The notes under the pieces are model-generated. The model ran no database searches. It was not told the origin of the DNA and saw only the letters and a program-made list of their open reading frames with translations. Positions 13,379 through 26,859 of a stretch of DNA of 64,000 nucleotides are shown here, in pieces. A program made the translations under genes and the position numbers. Source of the stretch: Hydrolagus colliei (lineage: Eukaryota); assembly GCA_035084275.1 (NCBI GenBank), contig CM068746.1, positions 24,738,001-24,802,000 on the forward strand. The letters run 5' to 3'. The number at the start of each line of letters is the position of its first letter. Position 1 is the stretch's first letter.

Positions 13379-14099
13379 TTTATTAATGTTATTGGCAGTT
13401 TAGTAAGTCTTTTAAGGTTATGCTTCGTCAAATTGCAAAGCCGACTAGAAAGTCTATATAATAACTACATCCTATCAATATCACACAGTGAGATGCTGTG
13501 GTGCATTTTGGTCTGTGTATATTTGTTTCCTGTTTCTTCGGCGTCTGCAGCCAAAAGCTTTTCAGACTGCCTGAATCTGTGGTCAGCTTCAGCTGTGACA
13601 CTCAGAGAGCTTACGGTAAATTTCTTGCCTGCCAGATAACATTTCCCGTAAAATGAGTGTGGGTACAATGGTTTTCTAGGTAGTCCAACACTTGCAGAAG
13701 AATAGAATTCAAGAGGTCGCCCTGATGTTTAGTAAATTGTATTTACATAAAAATAAAAATGCTAACAGCAAAGCTGAAACTTGGTGTACAACTTGTCTGA
13801 CGATCTCAGTGCTCTTATTAGACTTCAAAAGTACAAAAGCTGTTAACCGAATAGCACAACTCTTACAGTTCAGAAGATGGACACCACATAGTTCTTGCTT
13901 TCTTTCATTCAGATAATCACAAAGTTTAACAGGAACTGTTGCCTTTATACAGTAACCTTAGTTTATTGATGGAGGTGAACGCTTTGCGAGCAGAGTTATA
14001 TCGATTGAGAATCAATCAATCAATCAATCAAAACTTACATTAGGACTTTAGGACATATAAGTTTTGACTCGTCACTACTTGAGTGACAAAATCATAAAA

Positions 14100-14757
14100 A
14101 GAATCCTTGCATTTGATATAGCGCTTTCACGTCTTTTTGACGTCTTAAAGCGCTTCACAGAATATACTGTAAAGTGAATTGACTGTATATTTGTGGGCAA
14201 AAAGTGGCAGCCAATTGCGCACAGCAGTGTCCCACAAACAGCGTGGATTGAAATGACCAATGTATTATAGATTTTTGGAATAGGTTATTATTAAGCTTGT
14301 AGAGTAAGGAAACTTCCCAAGGTTTCGCCCTGCCTGGCATTGAACCCAGGTCTCTCGCTTTTAAGGTGGGTGCTCTAACCACTGAGCTACACTTATCAAA
14401 TAATCCTCACATTTGATATAGCGCCTTATCGTGTCTTTGAGAAGTCTCAGACTGGTTTACAGACTATACTATAAAGGGAATTGACTATATTTTACGGGTG
14501 AAACTCAGCAGCCAATTGCACATAACAGTGTTCCACAAACAGTTGTGGATCAAGTTACCAATTTATTGTTATTTTTATTTTTTGAAGGAATTATTATCCC
14601 TGAAAAAGCAATCCAACAATCGACTAACAGCTGGGTTCTTACTTTGCTGCTGGGTAAACAGAGGCTGTGGAGCAAGGAAGCCTGTCCAACATTTGCCTGA
14701 GAATCGAGCCCAGATCTCTTGCTTGCGAGGCGAGTGCTCTAACCACTGAGCCACAGA
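14100..14757 (-). mobile_element. Two tandem SINEs (short type ~14100-14390, long type ~14400-14757)
   Basis: Reverse heads gctctaaccactgagctac / gctctaaccactgagccac, with bodies and tails. Confidence 0.9.
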
Positions 14758-15319
14758 TCTATAAATAGTAATAATAATAGTGCTTAGAGCATCTTTTACA
14801 CAAAGAAGACATTTCAAAGCACTTCTCAGCATTTAAGTGAAGTTATGTGAGGGGACTGAGTATTTTGTAAGCAAACCCAAACGGCAATTTGCACATCTCA
14901 ATGTATCACATATAATCATGAAGTGAATGAATAATTTTATTTAATACTAATTTTATTTTGAATAATGCCATGGGATCTTTAATATTCAGCTGAACAGGCC
15001 GACGGAGGTTTAACATCTCATCCAAAGAATAGCATTGCCAACAATGCAGCACTCCCCTATCTCTCCACATGGCTTAGACCCCACGAGCCTCATCCGTCCC
15101 ATTTAGTCGAGCCTAGGATCATTTCCAGCTTGCATCCTCCCAACCCTGGCAGCGCTTGGGAGGATGCAGCGCGGGGAGTGGAAATAATGGCGACCATTAC
15201 TGAAGTCTTATCAGGACGTCATTCCTGAGTTGAGGGTGGAGCTCCCTGACAAGCCAGCAGGTCTCCTTATCCACCACATCCTTCCCTACCAACAGTCGGG
15301 TACTGCCACTGCAGACAGT

Positions 15320-15792
15320 GATTGAGAGGAACAGGAAAGTGAGGGAGGAGTGGAAGAAAATGATTGATTGAGAGAGACAGAGAGTGTGAGAGGACAGAGT
15401 GTATGAGAATGTGAGTGAGAGGTGAGAGAGAGGGAGTAAGAGGGGGAGAGGGAGAAGGGGGTATAGATAAGAGTGTGATCAAGAGAGAGTGATTGAGAGT
15501 GATTGACACAGAGGGGTAGGAGAGAGGGAGAAAGAGAGAGTATCAGGGAGAGAAAGAAACAAAGAGAGGAAGGGAGACGGAGTGAAACAGAAGAGAGAGT
15601 GACAGGATGTGATTGAGGGTGTAAGAGGAGAGAGACTGTGTGTGGGAGAGGAGGAAAGAGAGCGGGGAGTGGGAGAGATTGTGTGTGAATAACTGTGTGA
15701 ATGAGAGAGGGGAGAGACTGATTCAGAGGGAGCATGGGGTCAAGGGATTGAGAGAGAACCAAAGATAGTGTGAGAGAGAGGAGAAGTGAGAG
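15320..15792 (+). repeat. GA-rich low-complexity polypurine tract
   Basis: Degenerate (GA)n/(GAGT)n run. Confidence 0.9.
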
Positions 15793-16644
15793 CAGTTTTG
15801 TGGTTCACTGTAAGGACAGGTGATTGGAGTCTTCCTCGGGCGTTAGGCAACATACCATGTAATTTCCTCACACAAAGCTCCCTTTTTCCCCAGTGAAAAA
15901 CTCATGTACTTCCATCATTCCACTACCCCTTCTCTTCCCACCCTACCTCTGCAATCAGCCATTCGTTTTGCCTAGCAAAGACCTGCTCGTTTCATGCCTC
16001 CCATCCCATCTGCCCCACGATTGCCCTTTTGCTCCTGCTCTCAGGAGCTCCATTCCTGGAGTCCCTCTGACTGCCTCCCTTTTCAAAGCATCATCAAGCC
16101 CAAACTCTTTCACCGCATTTCCAGTCATCTTTTCTCCTCCCCATCCCACCACTCTCGACTCCCACCCACAGGTCTGGGATACAGCCAGTAGTCTCGAGTC
16201 CTTCTGATGTCTCAAAGCACACAATGTCTGCCTCCATCCGTAACACAGACCTGCAGCAGCCAAAGCCCTCATCCATGCCCTTGTCACTTCTCGGCAGGAT
16301 TTTCCAAATGCCCTCCTTGCTGATCTCCCTAGTTCCACTAAAATAAAAATAATTCAGAACTCCGCTGCCTGATTATGCTTATGGTCATTTAGTCGTCTTG
16401 CTAAAAACTGGAGAGTTTACTCGAGTTTTGTGTGAATCCTGGTGAAGATGGTGTGCTGAGGTTAAGCTGGCATTACTTGTGAATGAATGGGATGCGAGAC
16501 TGGTTTATTGAACATCACGGCAAATCAGTGGGACAGCCTGTTGATAATAATTTGCATTTGATACAGTTATACAATAATAATTTGCATTTGATATAGCACC
16601 TAATTATGACTTTGAGATATCTCAAAGCGCTTCACAGGTTAGAG

Positions 16645-16950
16645 GTTAGAGCACTTGTCTTGCAAGCTGGGGAGACATGTGTTCGAATCCAGGCTGGTCA
16701 GGGTGAAACCTTGGGCAAGTTTCCTTACTCCACATGCCTAATAATAACTCGTCCAAAAAAACCACAATAATAAAATTGGTCATTTCAATCCACGACTGTT
16801 TGTGGGACACTGCTGTGCACAATTGGCTGCCGCGATTCGCCCACAAATATATACAGTCAATTCACTTTACAATATATTCTGTGAAGCACTTTGGGATGTC
16901 CATAAGATATGAAAAGCGCTATATCAAATGCAAGGATTATTATTATTATT
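16645..16950 (+). mobile_element. tRNA-derived SINE
   Basis: ggttagagcac..gttcgaatcc..body..(att)n. Confidence 0.9.
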
Positions 16951-17238
16951 AGTAGTATAATGTAAAATGTACTGTGTACCAGTATTTTGTGGGCAAATGC
17001 AGCAGACAGTTTTTATACAGCAATGTTCCTCAAATAGCCATTGAGTAAGTGACCAATTTTATTTGAGGGATTATTGGCCAGGACAACGGAAGAAACTCCC
17101 TTCTCTTTTTGAATAGTGCCATGGGATGTTTAACGTCTACCTAAACAGACAGTTGAGACCTCAGTTTAATGTCTCATCCATAGGACAGCACCACCAACAA
17201 TGCAACATATCCCAGTAATGCATTGGAGTGTCAGGTTA

Positions 17239-17498
17239 GAACATAAGAACATAAGAAATAGGAGCAGGAGTAGGCCATTCGGCCCATCAAGCCTGCTCTG
17301 CCATTCAACCATGGCTGATATTCTACTCCAGATACCTGCCTTATCCCCATACCCCTTAATCCCTTTATAAATGAGAAATCTATCTCAGTCTTGAATATGT
17401 TCAAGGACTGAGCATCAACAGCCCTTTTGGGTAAAGAATTCCATACATTCACCACCCTCTGAGTGAAGAAGTTTTTTCTCAACTCAGTGTGAAAGGGC
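17239..17498 (-). mobile_element. CR1 3' end inserted in an ancient SINE
   Basis: RKNFFTQRVVNVWNSLP..FKTEID; (ttcttatg)n terminus in reverse. Confidence 0.92.
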
Positions 17499-18029
17499 TG
17501 AGAGTGCTACCACTGTACCAGGCTGTCACACTAATCCAATGAACTAATAACATTAAATTGATGTACTAATTTGACAAGCTACCCAACAAATACAACGTGG
17601 ACTATATAATAATAATCAATCTTGTATTTAACATAGCGGCCTATTTTATTATGAATAATTCTTAAGAAAAATTCTATACATATAATTCTATACATCCAGT
17701 AGCTAATGCCATGCAGAAATGTAGCATGGGGGAGATTGGGGGGATTTTGGAGGAAGAATAGACTGTACCACATATTTACGTGTTTCTGCATAAATAAAAG
17801 AAATGCAGTCATGCAGATGTGGCAAGATGACTTGTGCCAACAGTCATTATTTCCCACTGACCTACTTCATGTCCTAACTTTCCATTGACTGACCCAAATA
17901 CTCATTAGTCATTAGTCGCAGTCTTTGGGTTTGTGGTATGATTTTCAAGATGCCAGTGCTAACCTATTAATCCAATGAGCAGTTACCTGAATTCCCTACA
18001 AGAAAAGCGACAACCACTTGCATTTATAT

Positions 18030-18400
18030 GTGGAGTCTGTAGCATAGTAGCTAGAGCACTCGTCTTGCAAGCGAGAGGATCCGGGTTCTATTCTGGGACA
18101 GTGCAAATCATTGGGCAAATTTCTTTATTCCAAGTGCCTCTGTATACCTAGCAGTAAGTAGGAACTCGGTGGTTAGTTGATTGGTGGATCACTTTTCCAG
18201 CGGTAATAATCCCTTGAAAAAAATGCACAAAAATTTAGGTCACTGCTTGTGGGTCACTGTTGTGTGTAATTGTCTGACCCGTTTCACCCACAAAACATAC
18301 AGTCAATACAGTATATTCTGTGAATTTACAGTATATTATGTGAAGCACTTTGAGACATCTAGAAAATATGATAAGATATTATGTCAAAATATTATATTAC
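18030..18400 (+). mobile_element. Long-type SINE
   Basis: Head plus extra segment gcctctgtatacctagcagtaagtaggaac..., body and tail. Confidence 0.85.
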
Positions 18401-21040
18401 TCCTCTCACAAAAGTTAGCGCTTTGGAAGTCTTGGACAGAGGTGACATAGGGATCAAGGATCCACTCTGTGTACTGAGAACTTTGTTTCTCTTGCTTTCA
18501 CAGAAAAACAAGAACAACAAGGTGCATTAACATAGTGCCCTTCAGGCAGGATAGCGTCTCAGAGTACTGCTCAATTATTAATAATCCTTGCATTTGTTAT
18601 AGACATAATGCTCATCTGCCTAAAAATATACATTCAGTCAATTTTACACTACAACAACAACAACAACAATTTATATAATGATTTATATAGCGCCCTCCAC
18701 GCCGGAGGTTCTCATGTTCTAATTCTTGTGAAGCACTTTGAGATGTCCTTCCGACGTGATAAGGCGCTATATCAAATGCAAGGATTATTATTATACTCAA
18801 GGGCATATGTAATTCCCTCAATATACCTGCATTTACATGTTATCCCAAACTGCAAATGAGATCCCAGGCTAAAGATGCATCGGCTCAGTTAGTTCTCCAT
18901 AGAAGACTGAGGTTTCTGTGCAGTTCTCTTTATATTCATTGGTAAAATATGTCATATATTGTGCTGCTGAGCTGCACAAATCTGCAAGGTCTTTGGATTA
19001 TTTCCTTGACTTTACTGAGTTGGACGATTAATCAGAAACTAAGGAAAATATTCCTGTAATGAACAAACTGTTATCTGTTATCTCGTCATCCTTCTTATTA
19101 ACAAATAATGTGTAAAAATATGTGCACTGAACGCACTTAGGATTTTAGCGATCTATCCAGAATAGTAGCCATTCATATAGGAGTCCCTTCTCATCAGTCT
19201 GATCCAGGGAGGTATCAGGATTGTAATGAAAATTAGACCAAATGGCGACAAGAATGTGTGATACAGTACTGTATTTCAAAACAACAACTTGGCTTTATAT
19301 AGCACCACTCACAGTGTAATTCACAGAGTGCTTTCACAATCTAATGCATCTCTGAAGTGGCTGAATCTCTCGGAGTGTGATGGGTTGCTTTACACATGGA
19401 GGTGAACACAAAACAAAGAAAATTTCTTGGTCTCTGCCAGAGTCGTTTCACATATTTCCTTTGACAATAGTTCAAACATGCTAGCTGCAACCACTGCATG
19501 CCATTTAATAGCTCTGCATATTCACTCCACAGATCCAAGGAATAACACCAAAGCCACATTAAAACCCACAAATGCAGGTTATTTGGAAAGGAATCCTGGC
19601 AGTTATGAATCCTTTGCAGTATATGGAGGAGAAATGAGGAGAAGGCTATTCTTTTCATCTTTCTACATATCCTTAAGGTTTATAATCTTCATCTCCCTAT
19701 GCACTTTAGCTTTACGTTTCTCAGTAGAATAAATCTAGTTACCTCGAGATAGCTTTAAGATTTATTGTTTATTGGAAAACTTAGTACATGACAAGGAATT
19801 ATCATTCACCTTTCTAAAGAACTTACATTACTAGTCGTTTCCATCAGTATGTTCTCCCAAATCCTTAGCTTGGCACTTTCCTTATTTCTACAGTAACTAC
19901 CCCTATACTCTGGAACTCCATCCCACAGTCCCTTCGCCTTGCTCCCCAGCGCCTTGGGACGTCCTCCCGATGTGAAAGGCACTCTATAAATGTAATTTTG
20001 TTGTTGTTGTTGTTGTAACTAAAGGAACAGAACAGCCCCCTCTACTGGGACTCCTACTGGCTGCTGTATCTACAAAACAATCCTTGTTACAGTCCAGCCT
20101 CCAAAAATCGTGCTCTACCCGAGAACTGTATTGAGGTGTCTGCCTCAACTATGAGTTCCAAGTCCTGATGTGGGACTTGAATTCACAGCCTTCAGAATCA
20201 GATGCTCGAGTGCTACTAGCTGAGCTAAACTGGTGCACAATAGCATGATGTGGGCAGAGTAGATGATGTGATGGTTAGGCTTTTTAATGCTGCAGGGAGA
20301 ACAAATTTGGAGACATTAGAGAGGAAATTGCTTCTCTACTTATTTTACTCTATGCCCGTCTGATGGAAACGTCCCTGTGAAATACGAAAAGGCTTGCGTA
20401 AAGTTAGGGCAATGGCAGAACTAGTTTTAAAACTGAAGCATTTAAAATTATTCCAGCAAAGAGAAAAGACCAGGAAAGGTCAGCGATGATTGGAATAAAG
20501 TGCTACATAGACATTGGGGTTAGAGGAAGTAGAAAATGTGCATTCTTACAATTTGAAATGCTTCTCCGATGTGGTGGAAAGTTGTGGAGGTTGTTTTTTG
20601 CCTGGCTAATCTATGGTTAATCATTCCTGTGAAGATCTTTTATCTGTTTTATTACCAGTAAATAACGAAAAGGTCAGATGAAATCGGTGCCCATGTTATC
20701 AACCAAATCAGCAATTAATCTAACCGTTGCCTCACTTAAGGAAAAAGTGGTCAATCAGAAACTGTGAGAGACAAAAAGGTATTCTTATACCACTTTATCA
20801 TGTCAAAATGGCTCAAAGCGTTTTACGGTAATTACTGTCAAATCTAGTGACTGTTTTGAACAGAGAAAATAATATGTATAAATTAGAAGTTTTCAAATGA
20901 GCAAGCTCAACAGTGTCTTGCTTGGTAATCTCAATAATCGGTTCCACACCAAGCTGCTCTACAATATTATATGCTCTGCTGATGATTAGCTAGGCAGGCT
21001 CATTGGCAAGAATTCAACACACTCAGACACTATTAACTAG

Positions 21041-21365
21041 TGGAGCTCCTGTAGCTCAGTAGTTAGAACACTCGCCTTACAAGCTTCAGACCTGTGTTCG
21101 AATCCAAGCAGGTCAGGGTAAAACCTTGGTAAATTTCCTTACTCCACACACTGATAATAATCCCTCAAAAAAAACAACAATAATAAAATTGGTCATTTCA
21201 ATCCACGACTGTTTGTGGGATACTGCTGTGCGCAATTGGCTGCCATGTTTTGCCCACAAATTCACAGTCAATTCACTTTGCAGTATTTTCTGTGAAGCGC
21301 TTTGAGATGTCTAGAAGACGTGCAAAGTGCTATATCAAATTCAAGGATTATTATCATTATTATTC
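21041..21365 (+). mobile_element. Full-length SINE
   Basis: tggagctcctgtagctcagtagttaga..gttcgaatcc..body..tail. Confidence 0.92.
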
Positions 21366-21971
21366 TTATAACTCTGCAAGCTCAGGCCTAAAGAGCAGGG
21401 TGGTCCTAGCAGCAGGAAGTTTGACAGAATGAATAGCATGTTGTGCGATTTTAGCTGTACCCAACTGTACCCCAACTCACATTCTAGAGATTCCCAGACC
21501 TTAGATCATGCCATTCTGCGCCTAATACTCTCTGTAACTGAATTTTTGTTTAACACCATGCTGTTCAGAAATCAATAATACTAAAAATGTCTAAAACAAA
21601 CTACTGCCCTGTAAAGCAACTGGGAATCAATATCAATAGACTGAAGGCTTGTACTAAGTTCGTGAAAATGTTTCAAGTATCTGCAGATGCATCAGTTGCT
21701 AGGATTAATAACCACCAGTTTATCACAAGTCAATTTTTAAAGGGAACTGAATGGTGCACACTGAGTTATCATATTGTCCATTCATCAATGGGACCTACAT
21801 GTGAACTGTATTTATGTATTGTATTAATTTATGTATTGTGTTAAGTACTCGTATTAAGCGCTCTGAGACGCCGTCCGGCGTGGAGGGCGCTATATAAATC
21901 GAAATTGTTGTTGTTGTTGTATTTAGCCAAACTGAATCTCCAGATGTAAACATCTTATACTAAACGACCTT

Positions 21972-22237
21972 ATGTATGTGTATTTAACACATACATAAGG
22001 TGTGCGTAAGTGTGTACATATGACTCTGCGCTTGTGTGTCACGCACACATGCATGCTTCTCTTGTGTTTTTGTTTGTGTGTGAACATATGTGCATTTCTA
22101 CACGCCTGCATCAATGTGCATCTTTGTGTGTGTATAAATATACACGTACATGCATATATGTACGTGTCTATGTGTACAAATCTATGTATTTGTGTGCATG
22201 TGAGTGGGAATCCTTGTGAGTGTGTATTGCTCACACA
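21972..22237. repeat. Degenerate (TG/CA/TA)n simple repeat
   Basis: Alternating purine-pyrimidine run. Confidence 0.9.
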
Positions 22238-24954
22238 ATATAACTAAATGCTAGCAGTCGTTTGCAGAGAAGCCATTCGTTGACTAATATTTCCATTGCC
22301 ATGGCAGACTTCTCTCTGTGGTAATGGAGTGATGTAGTTTGATGTGGCTTTAGCTGGCAGTCAATACATGGCCTAGTGTCAAAAAGGAAAATGATTTATC
22401 ATTTATATATAGGAGTGCCAAGTTTCATGCAAATCAAATCATCTGGGTTAGGAAGCAGTTGAACATTATCATATAAAGATTATATATATATGTATCTCAA
22501 TGTATGTATTATTCACCAGAATAACCTGTAATGAAATCATTGGGACAACTCAGATGATAACAATAACTGACATTATATAGCTCCCAACACACAGGTAGCA
22601 TCTCAGAGTGCTTGACAGTGTTGGAGCATGACTTGTACGCATGGTCGAATAGGAAGGTCTTCATGAGCAACCAGAAGGTTGGGATGGAGCAAGGCAGGGA
22701 TATAGGGCAAGAGTGTTCCAGAGTTTCTGGGCATTGACTGAAAGCACGGGGACTAATGGTGGAACGGAGGGCATGGGGACATTCAGAAGACTGAAGCCAG
22801 TCGAGCAGAGGCAGCAGGTTGTGGGTTATAGAGTAAGCAGGTCGGAGAGGTAGGAAAATGCCAGGGCATGAATGGATTTGAAAACAAGGGTGAGGACCTT
22901 GACGTGGATAAAGCTGTAGTATATGGACCAGGAGCTACACTGATACAAAATATGGTCCGTGTTAAATTTGCTGCTCTCAGCGGCTGCATGGGGAAGAAAT
23001 TGACTCTGGTCTTTCCAAGATTACAGAGGGGAAAAACAGCTAAAATTCCTGTTGCTGGTCCCTTCTACAGCACCCTCTGTTGGTTGTGAATACATGTAGC
23101 AACTAGATAAGGATAGGCGATGCTTTCTTACCAGTTGAATAGTCTGCCAAGGACACTGCCGAGGCTCACACATGAGAACCCTTGTGATTGGCTCGCAGAT
23201 ATTGATCAACCAACTAGTGACTATCCTCCTTGGTGGGAGGTAAGCGGGGGCTCTGTTCAGCTGAACTGGCCAAGGTGACATGCTTGACAAGGGAATGTTG
23301 GATTTAAGCCATCCCTCTGTGGCAGTCTCAGAAGTCCGCTTCTTGAGCCAGGTTGGTCCGCAGTATTCTAGGGAACTGCTGATGATAGCATAGCCAACTT
23401 AGCTCATTGGCAGGACTTGGAAGGGTAGACCAGTTACTAAGGTCAGGGAATCCTACCACCCAGCTCCCAGCACTTTGGGAGGTCCTCCTGATGTGAAAGT
23501 GTAATTTTGTTGTTTTTGTTGTTAACCCTGCAAGCCAAAGCCCCAACAGGTCTTAGCTGGACAAGCAGCGAGAAGGCTTGCTGGACAGCGATATCAATGG
23601 TTTTAGCTGGTAATACGCCCAACACACACTCTGGGGTCCCTACACCTTGGCTCTTGCCAGCCTGCATCTAATATTTTTTGGAATTAGGTAAGCGGGTTGC
23701 GTTCCTTCAGGAAGAGAGCAAGCATTCCATTCCAACAATCTATCGCTGGAATTTCCATATATAGGTGAGATGTATTGAATTCTCAGTTTGGGTTGGATAC
23801 TTTTAAGCATGGTAAATGGCTTTCTGTAAGTGTGCAACAGATTGGCCAAAAAATAAAAATTGAGTGGAGACTGGAGAACTTGTGGTACCTCACAACAGTA
23901 ATAGGAGATCAGATGAGACACAGAGAGGAAAAGTCAGCAGGAAGAACATTAGAAAAATATTTCTTTAATCTTTATAGTATGTAAATTTTATAAGAATCAT
24001 GAATACTAATCCCAAAACTATTTGTTTGTTTACATTTTGATAACACATTCAACTGCTGCCTAACCCAGCTGGTTTCATTCACATGAAAATTGCAGCTCAC
24101 ATATTTATAAAGTGTTCAGAGCTTCCAATTTATGCACATGCAAACTATTAGAGAGGTGGGGTGTTATATTTGTTGTCATTCATCCAGTAGATTCTTCCAC
24201 ATCCTGACGAGTGGGTGAGCTGAGCAGAAACTTGTGCATATGAAGGTCACTAGAAGAGGCACACTAGGTGTAAGACAAGATGCAGAACCAGTCAGATTGA
24301 TTTCCTCTGAGGTAAAATGTTCCACATCATCTCTGAGCTGCATGGCCTCCGCTCACTAAGGATAGAGTATTGTGTGTCAGACCCATTGTTTTCCTGGCAT
24401 TTTCAAATTATGAGGCAGTTATATAAATGACTGCATTTTGTACATTCAATCCATGACTGTTTGTGGGACACTGCTGTGCGCAATTGTCTGCCATGTTTCA
24501 CCCACAATATATACAGTCAATTCACTTCACAGTGCATTCATTGCTTGACACATCTCAGACATGATAAGGCACTGTATCCAATGCAAGAATTATTATTTTT
24601 ATTATGTAACTTAATTTACTTAGCATTCACAGTTTACTGTCTGTGAATGTATTATCTGAACATACTAACATGGAAATTAGGGACAGGATGTGGCCATTCA
24701 GACCATCCACTTTACCACAGACTGACATACTACCTTCACTAATACCACCTCCTCACCAACTAACATTCAACAATAAACATATGAATCTTTCATTGTTTCC
24801 ATCACTTAGATCCCTCTGCTGATTGCCCACTTGAAGTTTTCTGAGGCAATGCAGTCCAAAACATAAAGAGTACTGTGTCTATGCCGGAACCTGCTTTTGC
24901 TCTGTCTTCACACTCAGCTCTTTCATCTTCTCCCTACGAGTGCTTGGACAATAA

Positions 24955-25250
24955 CAACAATAATAATCCTTGCATTTGATCAAGCACTTTTCACGTCTTC
25001 CAGATGTCTCAAAAAGCTTCACAGAATATAGTGTAAAATGAATTGAATGTATATTTGCGGCAGCCAATTGCACTGACTACAAACAGTGGTGGATTGAAGT
25101 GACCAATTTATAATGGGGGGTTTTTCTTGAGGAATTATTATCAGGTCTGTGGAGTAAGGAAACTTGCCCAAAGCTTTGCTCTGGCAAGAATCGAACCCAG
25201 GTTTCTCACTTGCAAAGCGAGTTCTCTAATCACTGAGTTACAGGACTCCA
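24955..25250 (-). mobile_element. Full-length SINE
   Basis: Reverse head cactgagttacaggactcca. Confidence 0.9.
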
Positions 25251-25559
25251 TAATCCTCATTTCTAATAACCCCTCAACTACCTGAAACACTGGGGCTAAT
25301 TGTAATCCCTCTCCTACCGCTGTGTTATATTGCTAAATCAGTTTAAATCCCAAGGCACCATATTCAGGATCTGTAGTCAGGCCACAATGCATGCTGTTCT
25401 GGAAACAATGAGACTGGCGTGTCAAAGACGTGATAAGGTGCAATATCAAACGCAAAGAGTATTATTATTATTATTATTATTATTAAAGAGACAGCTACCA
25501 GCAATGATGATGATCCCCAGTGTTGGATGTAAAGACCTTTGAGTAGCAATTAGACAAGC

Positions 25560-25880
25560 AAATGCTTCTTAGAAACCTTGAGAGAGCAGGTCTCAGAGCG
25601 GACATTATAGAGGTATATACAATTCTAAAAGGGATTGAAAAAGTAAACCTAGAAGAATACTTTAGGATGTACCAAGACAGTAGAACAAGAGAATACAGGT
25701 TTAGCATTGCAAAGCATAATTTCAGGACAAAACCCAGGTCGATTTTCTTTAACCAACAGTTAATCAATGACTGGAACAAGTTGCAAGGAAGGGTGGTTGA
25801 AGCAGAACATTGGATTAATTTTTTAAAAACATCTTAATATTGTGATGGGAAGATAGTATAGTGGATATTCTGAAGGGATG
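25560..25880 (+). mobile_element. Old CR1 3' fragment
   Basis: LERAGLRADIIEVYTILKG..FFNQQLINDWNKL. Confidence 0.85.
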
Positions 25881-25911
25881 AAATCAGATAAAGGAATGAT
25901 TTTCACCTGGG

Positions 25912-26025
25912 CTAATCTAGAGATTTTCTTTTCGTACCAGTAATATCGCAGACGAGATTTCGAAGAATATAGAGTTGAAAGATAATACTTCGCTTGGATT
26001 CATCTGTGTATTTTGAGCACCTCGC
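25912..26025 (-). CDS. Class II helical cytokine (IL-10 family-like), exon 5 of 5: ARCSKYTDESKRSIIFQLYILRNLVCDITGTKRKSLD*
   Basis: Acceptor tttccag, phase 0, 37 aa + TAG; helix-F-like I..QL.IL pattern; unique DNA between TEs. Confidence 0.75.
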   Translation of the reverse strand, partial: ARCSKYTDESKRSIIFQLYILRNLVCDITGTKRKSLD

Positions 26026-26859
26026 CTGGAAATGTCACACAAATATACATGTAAGAGGAACTTTCAACAGGTCTGCCCTGTGGGCATAAATAAACGTGAA
26101 ATAATCCTATCAACAACAACAAAATTACACTTGTATAGCACCTTTCAAGTCAGGAGGACGTCCCAAGGCGCTGGACAGTCAATGTTTCAGACCTGAGCTG
26201 GGGTCGGGGATGGTGCAGGGGGGATTTGGGGTGACCAATGGGACCATCGAAGAGGAGGGTCTTGAGGTGGGATACCTCAAGTTCTGCATGAATTACGGGA
26301 ACGATTTGCAGATCATGTTTCACTGCATGATCAATGGGAAAAAAGTTTTTCTACATAACTGTATGTGAAGAGTGCTGTCCATGGCTTCTCTTAACTCACA
26401 TTGAAAGCTTAATAAATCCAGTCAGGGTTAAATTTGTTGGTTGGTTTAGCAGCCCATATGCAAAATATACCCCTTCATTCTATGTATTTTGCCCCAAAAA
26501 GCACATAGTCAAATCACTTTACAATATGTCCTGTGATACACTTTCAGACATTGACATGTTACGATGCTATATCAAATACAAGCATTACTTATTATTACTT
26601 CTTATACTTTTCATATTAGCTTTTATTTTTAATAATATTTATTCTATTGTTTTTTTACCTCTTGTTGTGCTTTATTGTCATTTTAAAATTAAATTTACAT
26701 TTTCTCCTTGTCCTTACAAGCAACAGGAAGAAGCTATGTGGCTTTAACTGATCCTACCCCAAAACATAATCTGGAGGTCCCCAAATTTTGACTCTCTCCA
26801 ACATGTCCTACTAGTACTGTATTCAGAATTAGGTATGCAGGTTGCATCCCTAATATATA

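Noticed and set aside
13433-13668. Overlapping short ORFs in unique DNA
   Set aside because: No recognisable motif or consistent exon chain
15267-15762. Ser/Leu-rich ORFs
   Set aside because: Translation of the GA-rich low-complexity tract
21041-21110. tRNA-like sequences (here and at other SINE heads)
   Set aside because: They continue into SINE bodies and lack a proper acceptor stem; not tRNA genes
24204-24235. CTGACGA...GAAAC hammerhead-like motif (similar one at 45220-45240)
   Set aside because: Stem II or the GAAA/UH core is not satisfied; likely chance or too decayed
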